This document shows positions 10,742 through 20,005 of a DNA stretch of 64,000 nucleotides, one piece after another; within the stretch, counting starts at the first letter, position 1; each line of letters starts with the position of its first letter. The DNA is from Spirochaetia bacterium (GTDB lineage: Bacteria > Spirochaetota > Spirochaetia > DSM-2461), in NCBI GenBank assembly GCA_963666985.2, contig CAXXIA010000001.1, positions 1,184,001 to 1,248,000 on the forward strand, given 5' to 3'. The position numbers and the translations under genes are program-made. The notes below the pieces were generated by a model that saw nothing but the letters and a program-made list of their open reading frames with translations, was not told where the DNA came from and did not search any database.

Positions 10742-11926
10742 ATGAGAAACCGCCTTAATGGATACCGAAGCCGCCGAATCCTGATTCCCCTGCTTCTTCT
10801 GACCGCGATGTTTTCTCCGCTGATCGAATCCCTGGAAGCCCGGGAAACTCATGTTGCCGTTCTGGGTTTGGAGAATCTCAACCGCGATCCGCGCTACGAC
10901 TATCTTGAAGGGATGATTCTCGGGGTTCTGATGTACGATTTAACCCGCGTCGACGACATTGTTCTTGTGGAACGCGCCCGTCTGGATCGTATCTTCGAAG
11001 AACAGGAACTCAAGCTTTCAGGGCTCCTTAATAATGTGGATACCGCGAAGCAAGTCGGACAGATGGCGGGCGCCGATGCCCTTATCGAAGGCAGTTATGC
11101 CTTCCTCGGCGGGGATATGATGATTAATCTCAGTCTGATGACGGTTGATGAGGGAAAGACCATCCCGCTGTCGGTCAGAGGCCAAACGGAGAATACCGTT
11201 CACAATCTGGCCGAACAAATCGTCGAGGCTTTGCTGGGACGCTCGGTTATTCTCGCGGGCGAAGAAGGTGAACGATCCCTGCTCTCGCTCAGCGACGAAG
11301 AACCCGGCAGCATCGAGTTCTACTGCAATTTCATCCAAGGTGAAATCTACGTGGACGATGAATTCTACGGATATACGCCGGGCGGAACAACGCCGACGAT
11401 ACTGGAAGATCTCAGCCCCGGCGAACATACCGTTCGTGTGGAAGCGGGAAACGATTTCGGCGTGATCGACTGGCCCGAGGTTGTTTTCCATGACTGGGAA
11501 GAACGCGTTGTGGTTAAAGCGGGACGCAAAAGCATCCTCAGGGCTTCCATTTTTCATTTCAACGATCAGCTTTACAGCGCGAAAAAACTCTACGGCGGCC
11601 GCTGGCGTCTGGAATCCGGCGCCGAGGAAGAAATTTCCGTCGAGGAAGATGCCTCCTACACGGACAGATCCGGCCGGACCGTGCCCGTAACCCTTATGTT
11701 AAACGCCGAACTGAAGGAAAATCGTCCGATTGTGCATCTGGAAGTGACGGCCGGACGAACAAGCCGCTCGTGGGATTTCGATCCGTCCGAGGAAACCATC
11801 GAAATGGAAGAGATGATCGGCCCTGTGGAACTGGATTTCGAACAGCATTGGTATTCGAACCGCTACTGGCAGATCGAAATCCGGCTGGATAGATCGGACA
11901 TCAATCAGGGGATGCACCGGGAATAA
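10742..11926 (+). CDS. Exported protein with CsgG/FlgO-like N-terminal domain and PEGA-like domain
   Basis: Signal peptide; VAVLGLEN...LVERARLDRIFEEQEL...QVGQMAGADALIEGS; EIYVDDEFYGYTP...LSPGEHTVRV. Confidence 0.75.
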   Translation: MRNRLNGYRSRRILIPLLLLTAMFSPLIESLEARETHVAVLGLENLNRDPRYDYLEGMILGVLMYDLTRVDDIVLVERARLDRIFEEQELKLSGLLNNVDTAKQVGQMAGADALIEGSYAFLGGDMMINLSLMTVDEGKTIPLSVRGQTENTVHNLAEQIVEALLGRSVILAGEEGERSLLSLSDEEPGSIEFYCNFIQGEIYVDDEFYGYTPGGTTPTILEDLSPGEHTVRVEAGNDFGVIDWPEVVFHDWEERVVVKAGRKSILRASIFHFNDQLYSAKKLYGGRWRLESGAEEEISVEEDASYTDRSGRTVPVTLMLNAELKENRPIVHLEVTAGRTSRSWDFDPSEETIEMEEMIGPVELDFEQHWYSNRYWQIEIRLDRSDINQGMHRE

Positions 11927-12054
11927 AGCGCAAATTTTGTCGCCGCTCGGCGACGGAAGCGGCACGGCCCGCCGCCGCGCGTAAAGTCAGATGTTTCCGA
12001 TCCGGATAAGAACGGCGGAAAAAGCGCCGCACCCGGCGGCCCCGCAAAAAAGGG

Positions 12055-14007
12055 CTACAGCATGCTCACCGGATCAACGTCCGCTTCAAGCCGTACTCCG
12101 TTCGGCAACCGCGTTTGCGAAAGCACGGCGGCGATCGCCGCATGAGTCCGGTCGAAGGCCGCCGAGCGTAAAATCACATGACGCCGGTACTGCCCGGAGA
12201 GTTTCCCTATGGGACATTCGGCGGGACCCAGCAGTTCCCAGTCCCTGCCGCCGCCTGAAAGACGCAAAGCCAATTCTTCCGCGACGGATCGGACGCGCTC
12301 TTCCGAGGCTCCCTTCACGACGATGCGGAAAAGACGGCTGAAGGGCGGAAAACCCAAAGCCTTTCTCTCTTCAATCTCGTTTTCGTAAAACTCTGCGATC
12401 CGCCCTTCGGCCGCCAAACGAACGGCGGGAGACTCCGGACGGAACGTCTGAACAAGCACTTCCCCATCGGGAAGAAACCGTCCGGCTCTTCCGGCGACTT
12501 GAATAATCAGCGCGAAGGTTCTTTCGGCGCTTCTGAAATCGGGAAGATTCAACGATGTGTCCGCCGAAAGAACCGCGGCGAGCTTCACTCCCGGAGCGTT
12601 CAATCCCTTGGCCACCATCTGCGTACCGAGAAGAATATCGATGGAACCTTCCCGAAACTCGCGGAGAGCCGTTTCCAATACGCCTTTTTTCCGAACAGAA
12701 TCGGCATCCAGCCGTACGGCTCTTTTTTCCGGAAAAAGGGAGGCGATTTCCTCTTCCACTTTTTCCGTTCCGAATCCGGCCGCCGTCATCTCCACAGATC
12801 CGCACTTCGGACAAACCTCGGGCGGACGGCAGCCGTAGCCGCAGTAATGACAAACCATTTTCCCGGCACCCTTATGATAGGTGAGAGGCACACTGCAATG
12901 CCTGCAGTGTACTTCCTCTCCGCAGCTTCGGCAGCTGTAATGGTAGGAGAACCCTCGGCGGTTGAGAAACAGAAGAACCTGCCGTCCCTCGCCCAAAACA
13001 CGCGTCATGGCCTTCACCAACTCTCGGGAAAACAGACCCTTTTCTTTCGTTAAATCCACGATGGAAACGGACGGCGGAGCCCCGCCGGCGGGCCGTCCTT
13101 GAAGTTCAAGACGCGTCAGGCGTCTTTGGTTCATCAGATTCCAGGCTTCCATCGACGGGGTTGCGCTGCCCATAACAAGCCTGGCGCCTTCATCGCGGCA
13201 CCGTTTCATCGCGACTTGCCTGGCATGATAGCGCGGCGCGGAAGAGGATTTATACGATCCCTCATGCTCCTCGTCGAGAATGATGAGTCCCAAATCCTCT
13301 AAAGGCGCGAATACCGCGCTCCGGGCGCCCAGAACGAATCGGGCTTCTCCCGATCGGATGCGGCGCCATTCGGCCAGCCGGCGCGATGGGGTTAAACCCG
13401 AATGAATCACGGCCAGCATCCCGGGAAAACGCCGCTCAAGAGAATCGACAAGATGATGAGAGAGGGCTATCTCCGGAACCAGATATATAACACCCTTCCC
13501 TTTTGAAAGCACCGATTCGGCGGCCCGTAGAAACACTTCCGTTTTCCCTGATCCGGTAGGCCCGTAGAGGTAAGACCATCCCTTCTCATCGGATTCAAGA
13601 GAATCCAGGGCCGCGCTCTGACTCTCGGTGAGGAATTTTTCGCGGCTTTTTTCCCCGTTCTCATCCTCATCACCGACATCCGGTATCTCGCGCGGTTCCC
13701 GCCGTCCGCCGGGAAGCATCGTCGCAAGGGTTTCGCCCAGAGATGAGAAAGTTAAATCGGCCAGCCACCTGGCCAGCGCAAGAAGGCCCGTATCGAAAAG
13801 AGGCTCTTTATCCACGACTCTTTCGATGGATTTGAGCGAGATTCCTTCGGGAGCATGATCGGGATGGGAAACAACCCAGCCGGTCAATTTACGGCGGCCG
13901 AGAGACGCGACGACGCGGCATCCGACGGGTACCGCTTCTTCCGATTCGTAGGTATAGCCGGTATCGACGGGTATATTAAATACCAGTTCCAACAGCATTC
14001 CAGGCAT
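12055..14007 (-). CDS. priA: Primosomal protein N' (replication restart helicase)
   Basis: GPTGSGKTEV, LVPEIAL, DEEHE, SATPS, CxxC zinc clusters and QVAGRAGR. Confidence 0.97.
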   Translation of the reverse strand: MPGMLLELVFNIPVDTGYTYESEEAVPVGCRVVASLGRRKLTGWVVSHPDHAPEGISLKSIERVVDKEPLFDTGLLALARWLADLTFSSLGETLATMLPGGRREPREIPDVGDEDENGEKSREKFLTESQSAALDSLESDEKGWSYLYGPTGSGKTEVFLRAAESVLSKGKGVIYLVPEIALSHHLVDSLERRFPGMLAVIHSGLTPSRRLAEWRRIRSGEARFVLGARSAVFAPLEDLGLIILDEEHEGSYKSSSAPRYHARQVAMKRCRDEGARLVMGSATPSMEAWNLMNQRRLTRLELQGRPAGGAPPSVSIVDLTKEKGLFSRELVKAMTRVLGEGRQVLLFLNRRGFSYHYSCRSCGEEVHCRHCSVPLTYHKGAGKMVCHYCGYGCRPPEVCPKCGSVEMTAAGFGTEKVEEEIASLFPEKRAVRLDADSVRKKGVLETALREFREGSIDILLGTQMVAKGLNAPGVKLAAVLSADTSLNLPDFRSAERTFALIIQVAGRAGRFLPDGEVLVQTFRPESPAVRLAAEGRIAEFYENEIEERKALGFPPFSRLFRIVVKGASEERVRSVAEELALRLSGGGRDWELLGPAECPIGKLSGQYRRHVILRSAAFDRTHAAIAAVLSQTRLPNGVRLEADVDPVSML

Positions 14008-14998
14008 CCTTCAGCCGCTTCAAGGCATCCCAGACGGGTCTGCGCAGACGGGAGGGATTTGCCAGGACTTCCGACGGAGTCCAGAGAACAAGCGCCGGAA
14101 CGGCGCCCCATGTCCAGTCTTTCCCCACCAGTTTCGGGAAATCCGCCGAACTTCCGGTGAGGACGCCGCAGGCCGCGTCTCCCAGAGCCAGGACGGCTTT
14201 CGGCCGGATGATTTTATACTGTTCCCGAAGATATCCCGAACACGCGGCCGCCTCTTCGGCGTGGGGCGGCCTTCCGCCGGGTGTGCGGCATTTCACCGCC
14301 GGTGTGATGAATATGTCGGATGAGGGATTCAGCGCCAGAGCGGCCAGCCATTTTTCGAGGTATTCGAACTCATAGGGAGCAAGAGGACCGCCTCCTTCCG
14401 GAGCGCCGTCGACCGGCGGCGGGGTAACGATCATCAAAGTCGCGCCGACCGAACCGACGCCGGGAACGGTATTCTCCCGTGTCAGATGCAGATTGCAGGC
14501 GCGGCATTGCGCGGCTTTTTCGGCAACGGCTTGGAGTTCCGGCGACGAGGGCGCTTGACGGCCGAACGACGGGACTGAGGCCGCCGAGGTGCCCCCGGGG
14601 TGGAGTGCGGCGGGCGAATCGGGAGTTTGGGAGAGGGAAGCGGGGGATGAATCGGTGAGGCCGGGAGAGGGGTTCTGAGAATCGGATCGCAGGCGGATTC
14701 GTGCCGATGCGCCGGCAAAGGATGCCCCGCCTGATTCCGCTGCGTTTCGAGACGAGAAACCGCCTGCGGAAGGAATAACTCCGGACGACGAATTGAGAGC
14801 GGCGGCTCCATTTGCCGTTGACGCATTCTCCGGCGAGGGTGTATCCGAGTGCGATTTGAGTGCCGAATCCGCCCGTATGGTTTCAGGCAATATGATTGTT
14901 TCTTCGTCCCCGGAATCCATTCGGTATCCGAAGGAAATCCAATCCGCCGTATCTTTCAGAATGCGCCCGTACTCAACGAACGCCTGCTCACGATCCAT
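13976..14998 (-). CDS. Family 4 uracil-DNA glycosylase-like protein with degenerate catalytic motifs
   Basis: CRACNLHLTRENTVPGVG and VKCRTPGGRPP...EAAAC; located between truA and priA. Confidence 0.8.
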   Translation of the reverse strand: MDREQAFVEYGRILKDTADWISFGYRMDSGDEETIILPETIRADSALKSHSDTPSPENASTANGAAALNSSSGVIPSAGGFSSRNAAESGGASFAGASARIRLRSDSQNPSPGLTDSSPASLSQTPDSPAALHPGGTSAASVPSFGRQAPSSPELQAVAEKAAQCRACNLHLTRENTVPGVGSVGATLMIVTPPPVDGAPEGGGPLAPYEFEYLEKWLAALALNPSSDIFITPAVKCRTPGGRPPHAEEAAACSGYLREQYKIIRPKAVLALGDAACGVLTGSSADFPKLVGKDWTWGAVPALVLWTPSEVLANPSRLRRPVWDALKRLKDAWNAVGTGI

Positions 14999-15734
14999 AA
15001 TTCACCTTCGTCAGAAACAAACCCCTGGGAGGAGCCGTCGGACCGGCCGCTTCCCGTTTTTCCTCCTGAAGTATGCCCCGCATGGCCTCTTCGCCGCCAC
15101 CCCGAAGGCCCAAGTCGATCAAGGTACCGACGATGGAGCGTACCATGCGCCAAAGAAAGGCGTTGCCGCTGATCCGGTAGATAACAAGAGGTCCTTCGCA
15201 GTGAAAAACCGAATGTTCGATTCTTCTTATCCGTGATTTGCTGGCATCACCGGCCGCGGAAAAGGTTGTAAAATCATGGGTTCCGCAGAGAACGGAGGCC
15301 ATTTCGTTCAGCACGGCTAAGGAGGGGAGCCGCTTCACAAGCCACACATAGCGGCTTAAGTGAGCCGGACCGGACGCACCTTCCATAATTCGGTATTCGT
15401 AACGGCGGTTCACCGCATCCCGGCGGGAATGAAAATCATCGGAAACCTGTTCGCTTCGGAGAATCCGGACATCCCGGGGAAGCCGCGCATTCACCGCGTC
15501 GCGAAACTTCCATTCGGGGATTCCATCCTTATCCGTCCGGAAATTCCCCACCTGCCCTACGGCATGCACGCCTGAATCGGTTCTGCCGGCGCCGATAAGA
15601 GGAACCGAATGCCCGTGGAGATCGCTTAAAGCCTCTTCAAGAACTCCCTGAACGCTTCTTTCTTCGGACTGCACCTGCCATCCGGCGAAGTCGGTCCCGT
15701 CGTAGGAGATAAGAAGCTTGATGTTGCGGATCAC
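14988..15734 (-). CDS. truA: tRNA pseudouridine(38-40) synthase
   Basis: YDGTDFAGWQ, AGRTDSGVHA and FLWRMVR motifs. Confidence 0.97.
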   Translation of the reverse strand: MIRNIKLLISYDGTDFAGWQVQSEERSVQGVLEEALSDLHGHSVPLIGAGRTDSGVHAVGQVGNFRTDKDGIPEWKFRDAVNARLPRDVRILRSEQVSDDFHSRRDAVNRRYEYRIMEGASGPAHLSRYVWLVKRLPSLAVLNEMASVLCGTHDFTTFSAAGDASKSRIRRIEHSVFHCEGPLVIYRISGNAFLWRMVRSIVGTLIDLGLRGGGEEAMRGILQEEKREAAGPTAPPRGLFLTKVNYGS

Positions 15735-16579
15735 GGAGTCAGGCTCTCCAGTTCCGCCTTGATGGATTTATGAAGCTCCCTTCCCAAATCCAATAAGACC
15801 GAGGGTTTCGACTTGGAGGATTTTCCCATTCCGACAATGCGGGAAACAGCGGATCGGGCTTCTTTTAAAGCGGAAGCGCGCTTGAGCGCGTCATCGGACT
15901 GACCGTACTTCAGAAGAAGAACGCCGATAAGATAGAGAACACCGTCAAAGCCGTAATTATTGTCCAAATCCGGTCCGTGATGCGGAATATTCTCAATACT
16001 TTCTTTTCCCCGCTGCTCGTTCGGAAGAATTTCACTGTAGAAAAAAGACGCTTTGCGCAAAAAGATTCTCGCCAGATAATCGAAATTTTCCTGCGGTCTG
16101 TGCTCATGAAGATCGTTGGCAAGCCATCCGGCCCTTAAGAAGGACATGGCGCGCATGAATGTCGGAGTATCTTCGGGAGGACGACGCTCATAACACAAAG
16201 ATGCCAGCACATAGGAGGCGATCCCCTCCTGCAAGGTTCTCTCCCGTTCAAAATCCACATCGGGAAGAATATTTTTAAAATAGTGCTTCCGCTTTTCTAT
16301 TTCCTTTTCGAGATTTTCCATAACGTCGATTCCGGGATTCTCGAAATGCCTGGGGTAGGCGGCGTACCAGCAGTGGGGGCAAACCGATACCGGATAGATA
16401 AGCGGATAAATATGTCCGTATTTCTGTGTGGGCAGATAGACTCTGTGCAGCTCGTCGGTCAGTTCTCCCGCATTCATGCGGCCGCCGCCGGTCAGCAGCT
16501 CTTCCCGCCGAAAAGCGCAATTGCAAACCGGACAGACCGTCTCTTTCTTCGCCCTGTAGCTGACCTTTCCTTCCGCCAC
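15731..16579 (-). CDS. DUF2225 family protein
   Basis: CPVC and CPHCWYAA cysteine pairs, LRAGWL; located between acpS and truA. Confidence 0.8.
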   Translation of the reverse strand: MAEGKVSYRAKKETVCPVCNCAFRREELLTGGGRMNAGELTDELHRVYLPTQKYGHIYPLIYPVSVCPHCWYAAYPRHFENPGIDVMENLEKEIEKRKHYFKNILPDVDFERERTLQEGIASYVLASLCYERRPPEDTPTFMRAMSFLRAGWLANDLHEHRPQENFDYLARIFLRKASFFYSEILPNEQRGKESIENIPHHGPDLDNNYGFDGVLYLIGVLLLKYGQSDDALKRASALKEARSAVSRIVGMGKSSKSKPSVLLDLGRELHKSIKAELESLTP

Positions 16580-16581
16580 CT

Positions 16582-16953
16582 TTAATCCTCCAGTATCACC
16601 TGAGCCGCCGCCAGATCGCCTTCATGCGTGAGAGAAAGGTGGATCCGAGCGGCGCCGGCCGCTTCCATTGCTTTTCGGGCGCTTCCTTCGACGCGGAGGG
16701 ACGGCTTTCCGGATTTTTCACTGACAACGCAAATCTGTTTGAGCGCCAGACCGGCGAATCCGGTTCCGAGCGCTTTGGCAAACGCTTCCTTGGCCGCGAA
16801 ACGCGCCGCCAGAGAAGAGGGCGCCGCGGCACCGCGGGATTGTACCTCTGCGAGTTCTTCTTCATGAAAAAATCGGCGGCACAGTTTTTCATCCTCCAGC
16901 CACGGCGCAATTCGGGAGATTGTGACGAAATCGATCCCCGTTCCCACAATCAC
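16582..16953 (-). CDS. acpS: Holo-[acyl-carrier-protein] synthase
   Basis: GTG start; IVGTGIDFV, LAARFAAKEAFAKALGTG and HLSLTHE. Confidence 0.95.
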   Translation of the reverse strand: MIVGTGIDFVTISRIAPWLEDEKLCRRFFHEEELAEVQSRGAAAPSSLAARFAAKEAFAKALGTGFAGLALKQICVVSEKSGKPSLRVEGSARKAMEAAGAARIHLSLTHEGDLAAAQVILED

Positions 16954-16954
16954 T

Positions 16955-18118
16955 TTACGATTCTCCCCGCGAAGATGAAGCGCCTGAAAAGCCTCCGGTG
17001 CTCGGAGAGGGAACATAAGAAGGAAGATCTGTTCCGCCGAAAAGCCTGGGCGATTCGGATTCTTCGCTCCCTTCCTTAGCGCTGTTCATGCCGATTGAGC
17101 CGTTTCCCGGAGTCCGGCGCGATGTCTCCGCCGCGCCGGAGGATGCTCCCGACGAAACCGGAGTTTCATCATTCTTTACGGCGCGCAGAACCGTTATCTC
17201 CACTTCTCTGGGAAGCAGCTGAAGCACCGCCAGCCCCGGAGGGATGTCCATCTTCAGCGGGAGAATATAGGTTCCCGGTCTCCGAATCTGTGATCCGTCC
17301 ACATAGAAGGTCATATCCTGCGGACGGACGCTTTCGACGGTCAGCTGACTGCCCTGCACCGTCAGACTGACACGCGGCAGATCTTCGGCGATGTGAAGGT
17401 CCTCGGCAAGATCGAAAACCACAACCTCCCTGTCCGCGATGGTCCGAATCACGACGGACTCGTCGACAATCCCTCTGAACTCCACGACTTCGCCGCCGGG
17501 GATGGTAATCTGAGAAGAAGGCTTGACGATACGCGTGGTAACGGTGAAATCGCCGCGGCGTCCGGAAAGATCGATGATTTCCGTCGTCAATTCATTCAAT
17601 TCGACCATCTGACTTTGCGGACCGATCGCCGTAACCGAGGAAGGGGAAACGAAATACTGAGTCAGTTCGTAGCCGAGGGCCGGGAATCCCGAGATTTCCG
17701 GTTTCACGACAAGACTTCTGACGGTGCGCCGTTCCTGGGAAAGGGTGATTTCCCTCGGCCGGGAACGGATTTCAAGCGCTTCGGGCTGCAGCGCCGTACC
17801 TTTTTTGCGGAATTCTATGGGAACTTGATATTCGCCCTCTTCAGGATACGGGGCCAGGTTCACATAGGCCTCCACGTCTTCGTTCAGAATGCCTCTGATG
17901 TCGTCCTCTTCACCGCGGAGAATGATATTCACATTTCCGGGATGATCCGAACTCACCACAAATCCTTCGGAAGTAACCACTTCCAGAGGGACGGTAATCT
18001 GTTTTTCGGTCAGGGTATTAATGCGAAACAGAATGTAGAGAACGACGGCTAAGGCGATGCAGAGAATTTTCACCGGCCAGCGGTCGAGTACGGATTGAAG
18101 GAATGAAGATGAAATCAT
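16955..18118 (-). CDS. cdaR: CdaR/YbbR-like diadenylate cyclase regulator
   Basis: N-terminal TM plus repeated YbbR-like beta domains; directly downstream of cdaA. Confidence 0.88.
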   Translation of the reverse strand: MISSSFLQSVLDRWPVKILCIALAVVLYILFRINTLTEKQITVPLEVVTSEGFVVSSDHPGNVNIILRGEEDDIRGILNEDVEAYVNLAPYPEEGEYQVPIEFRKKGTALQPEALEIRSRPREITLSQERRTVRSLVVKPEISGFPALGYELTQYFVSPSSVTAIGPQSQMVELNELTTEIIDLSGRRGDFTVTTRIVKPSSQITIPGGEVVEFRGIVDESVVIRTIADREVVVFDLAEDLHIAEDLPRVSLTVQGSQLTVESVRPQDMTFYVDGSQIRRPGTYILPLKMDIPPGLAVLQLLPREVEITVLRAVKNDETPVSSGASSGAAETSRRTPGNGSIGMNSAKEGSEESESPRLFGGTDLPSYVPSPSTGGFSGASSSRGES

Positions 18119-18909
18119 ACGCCGGCCCTTTGTTCGGGTTCGGAAACGCTGAATCCGAGCAATTCGTGCAGACGGCGCCTCACTTCGTCTTCTTCAAGAT
18201 CGTAAAAAAGATTCCCTTCATAGGCCAGTGAAAGTGCGCCTGTTTCTTCGGAAACGGCCAGAACCACCGCGTCGGTCTCTTCAACCATTCCCAGTGCCGC
18301 CCTGTGGCGGGTTCCGAAACTTCGGTGAATATCCGGCTGATTGGAGAGCGGCAGGAAGCATCCGGCGGCGATGAGCCGGCCGTCTATCACGACGATGGCG
18401 CCGTCGTGCAGAGGACCGTCATGTCCGAAGATGGTAATAACCAAAGCCGATGAAAGATCGGCATCCAGACGTGTTCCCGTATCAATAATATTTTTAAGGC
18501 CCACCTTCCGGCCGAAAACGACCAAGGCTCCGCGCTTCCGTCCGGCCAGAACCTCGGCGGCGTTCAGAACGGTGTCGACTTGGAACGGCTTTTGTCCTTT
18601 TTTTCCTCTGAAGAGCTCCCGCTGTCCGATTCGAGCCACGATGTTGCGCAGTTCAGGCTGAAAAACAATGGCCACGCCGATAAAAAGCCCCGGCGCGATC
18701 ATCTGCAGAATCCAAAGCAGCGTGGATAATTGAAAGAACCAGGCCGTGGCGTAAACCAAGGCCAGAACCAAGGCTCCGCGAAGAAGCTGAATGGCGCGCG
18801 TCTCTTCAAGAATCTCATAAAGCTTAAAGAGAAGGTACGCGAGCAAAGCGATGTCGACGGCGGGAAGAAGAAAATCGCTGATAAAGGGAATATCGCTTAG
18901 GAAGCCCAT
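18115..18909 (-). CDS. cdaA: Diadenylate cyclase
   Basis: Three TMs; FQPELR, GALVVF, PLHDGA, GTRHRAALG and SEETG. Confidence 0.96.
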   Translation of the reverse strand: MGFLSDIPFISDFLLPAVDIALLAYLLFKLYEILEETRAIQLLRGALVLALVYATAWFFQLSTLLWILQMIAPGLFIGVAIVFQPELRNIVARIGQRELFRGKKGQKPFQVDTVLNAAEVLAGRKRGALVVFGRKVGLKNIIDTGTRLDADLSSALVITIFGHDGPLHDGAIVVIDGRLIAAGCFLPLSNQPDIHRSFGTRHRAALGMVEETDAVVLAVSEETGALSLAYEGNLFYDLEEDEVRRRLHELLGFSVSEPEQRAGV

Positions 18910-19772
18910 GAAAGAACCTCCCAAAGCGCGATGAGCTGACGCGTATCACGAACATCATGAACTCTCAAGATGTCCACACCCTGCTCCAGACACCAGGCAT
19001 GTGCGGCAACGGTGAGAATACGGCGGTCTTCGGGAGACGATTTGAGCGGCCCCTCCGAGGGGGATCGGGGTTCGCCGTAAGAGTCGAGGGCTCTGCGGTC
19101 CTCTTCTTCGGCAATCAGACCGAGGAACGTTTTCCGGCTCAATCCCGCAAGAACTTCAAATCCTTCCGCGCGGAGAACCCCAAGGTGTTTGAGAAGGGAG
19201 GCATTATCCTCGGGCCTTTTTCCGAATCCGATACCCGGATCAAGAATAATGTTCTTTTCCGCGATGCCCGCCTTAACGGCCGCATCCGCACGGCGCAGAA
19301 GATAGTCGCGGACTTCCGCAACCACATCTTCATACAAGGGAGAGTTCTGCATCGTCTTCGGCATCCCCTTCATATGCATCAGGACGACCGGAACCTTCCG
19401 CTCCGCGGCCAAAGCGGCCATGGAATCATCGGATGTTAATGCCGAAACGTCGTTGATGATATTCGCTCCGGCGTTCAGCGCGGCCTCGGCGACGGCGGCG
19501 CTCTGCGTATCGATGGAGATGGGAATGCCGGAACGGGAGCGAATTTCCCTGATAACCGGAGCGACGCGGGCAATCTGTTCTTCCGAATCCACCCCGCCCG
19601 ATCCGGGTCTGGTGGATTCTCCGCCGACGTCGATGATATCGGCTCCCTCGCGGATCATCCGCAGCGCCGCGTTCAGGGCCTCACCCGTATCGGGCCGTCG
19701 GCTTCCGGCGAAAAAAGAGTCGGGAGTACAATTGAGGATGCCCATTACCCGGGGCGCTCGGAAGTCGCTCAT
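18897..19772 (-). CDS. folP: Dihydropteroate synthase
   Basis: MGILNCTPDSF, DVGGESTRPG, LDPGIGFGK, GLSRK and LRVHDV. Confidence 0.97.
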   Translation of the reverse strand: MSDFRAPRVMGILNCTPDSFFAGSRRPDTGEALNAALRMIREGADIIDVGGESTRPGSGGVDSEEQIARVAPVIREIRSRSGIPISIDTQSAAVAEAALNAGANIINDVSALTSDDSMAALAAERKVPVVLMHMKGMPKTMQNSPLYEDVVAEVRDYLLRRADAAVKAGIAEKNIILDPGIGFGKRPEDNASLLKHLGVLRAEGFEVLAGLSRKTFLGLIAEEEDRRALDSYGEPRSPSEGPLKSSPEDRRILTVAAHAWCLEQGVDILRVHDVRDTRQLIALWEVLSWAS

Positions 19773-20005
19773 ACGGACTATAGTATAGCGGTTCACGGGC
19801 GCCGGGGAACCGCTCTTTTTCATCGGAATCAGAAAAAGCAAAAGCGCCGAAGAGCTTATGGCATCAGTTGTTTTTTCAGGATGGAAACTTTTTTGCCATC
19901 GAGGAACGTATGCTTTCCATTCTTTAATCTTTTTTTACAAAAAATTTCTTTTTGTCCGCATCGGATACCCTTATGATGGAAAGGTCAATCCATAAGGGGG
20001 ATATC

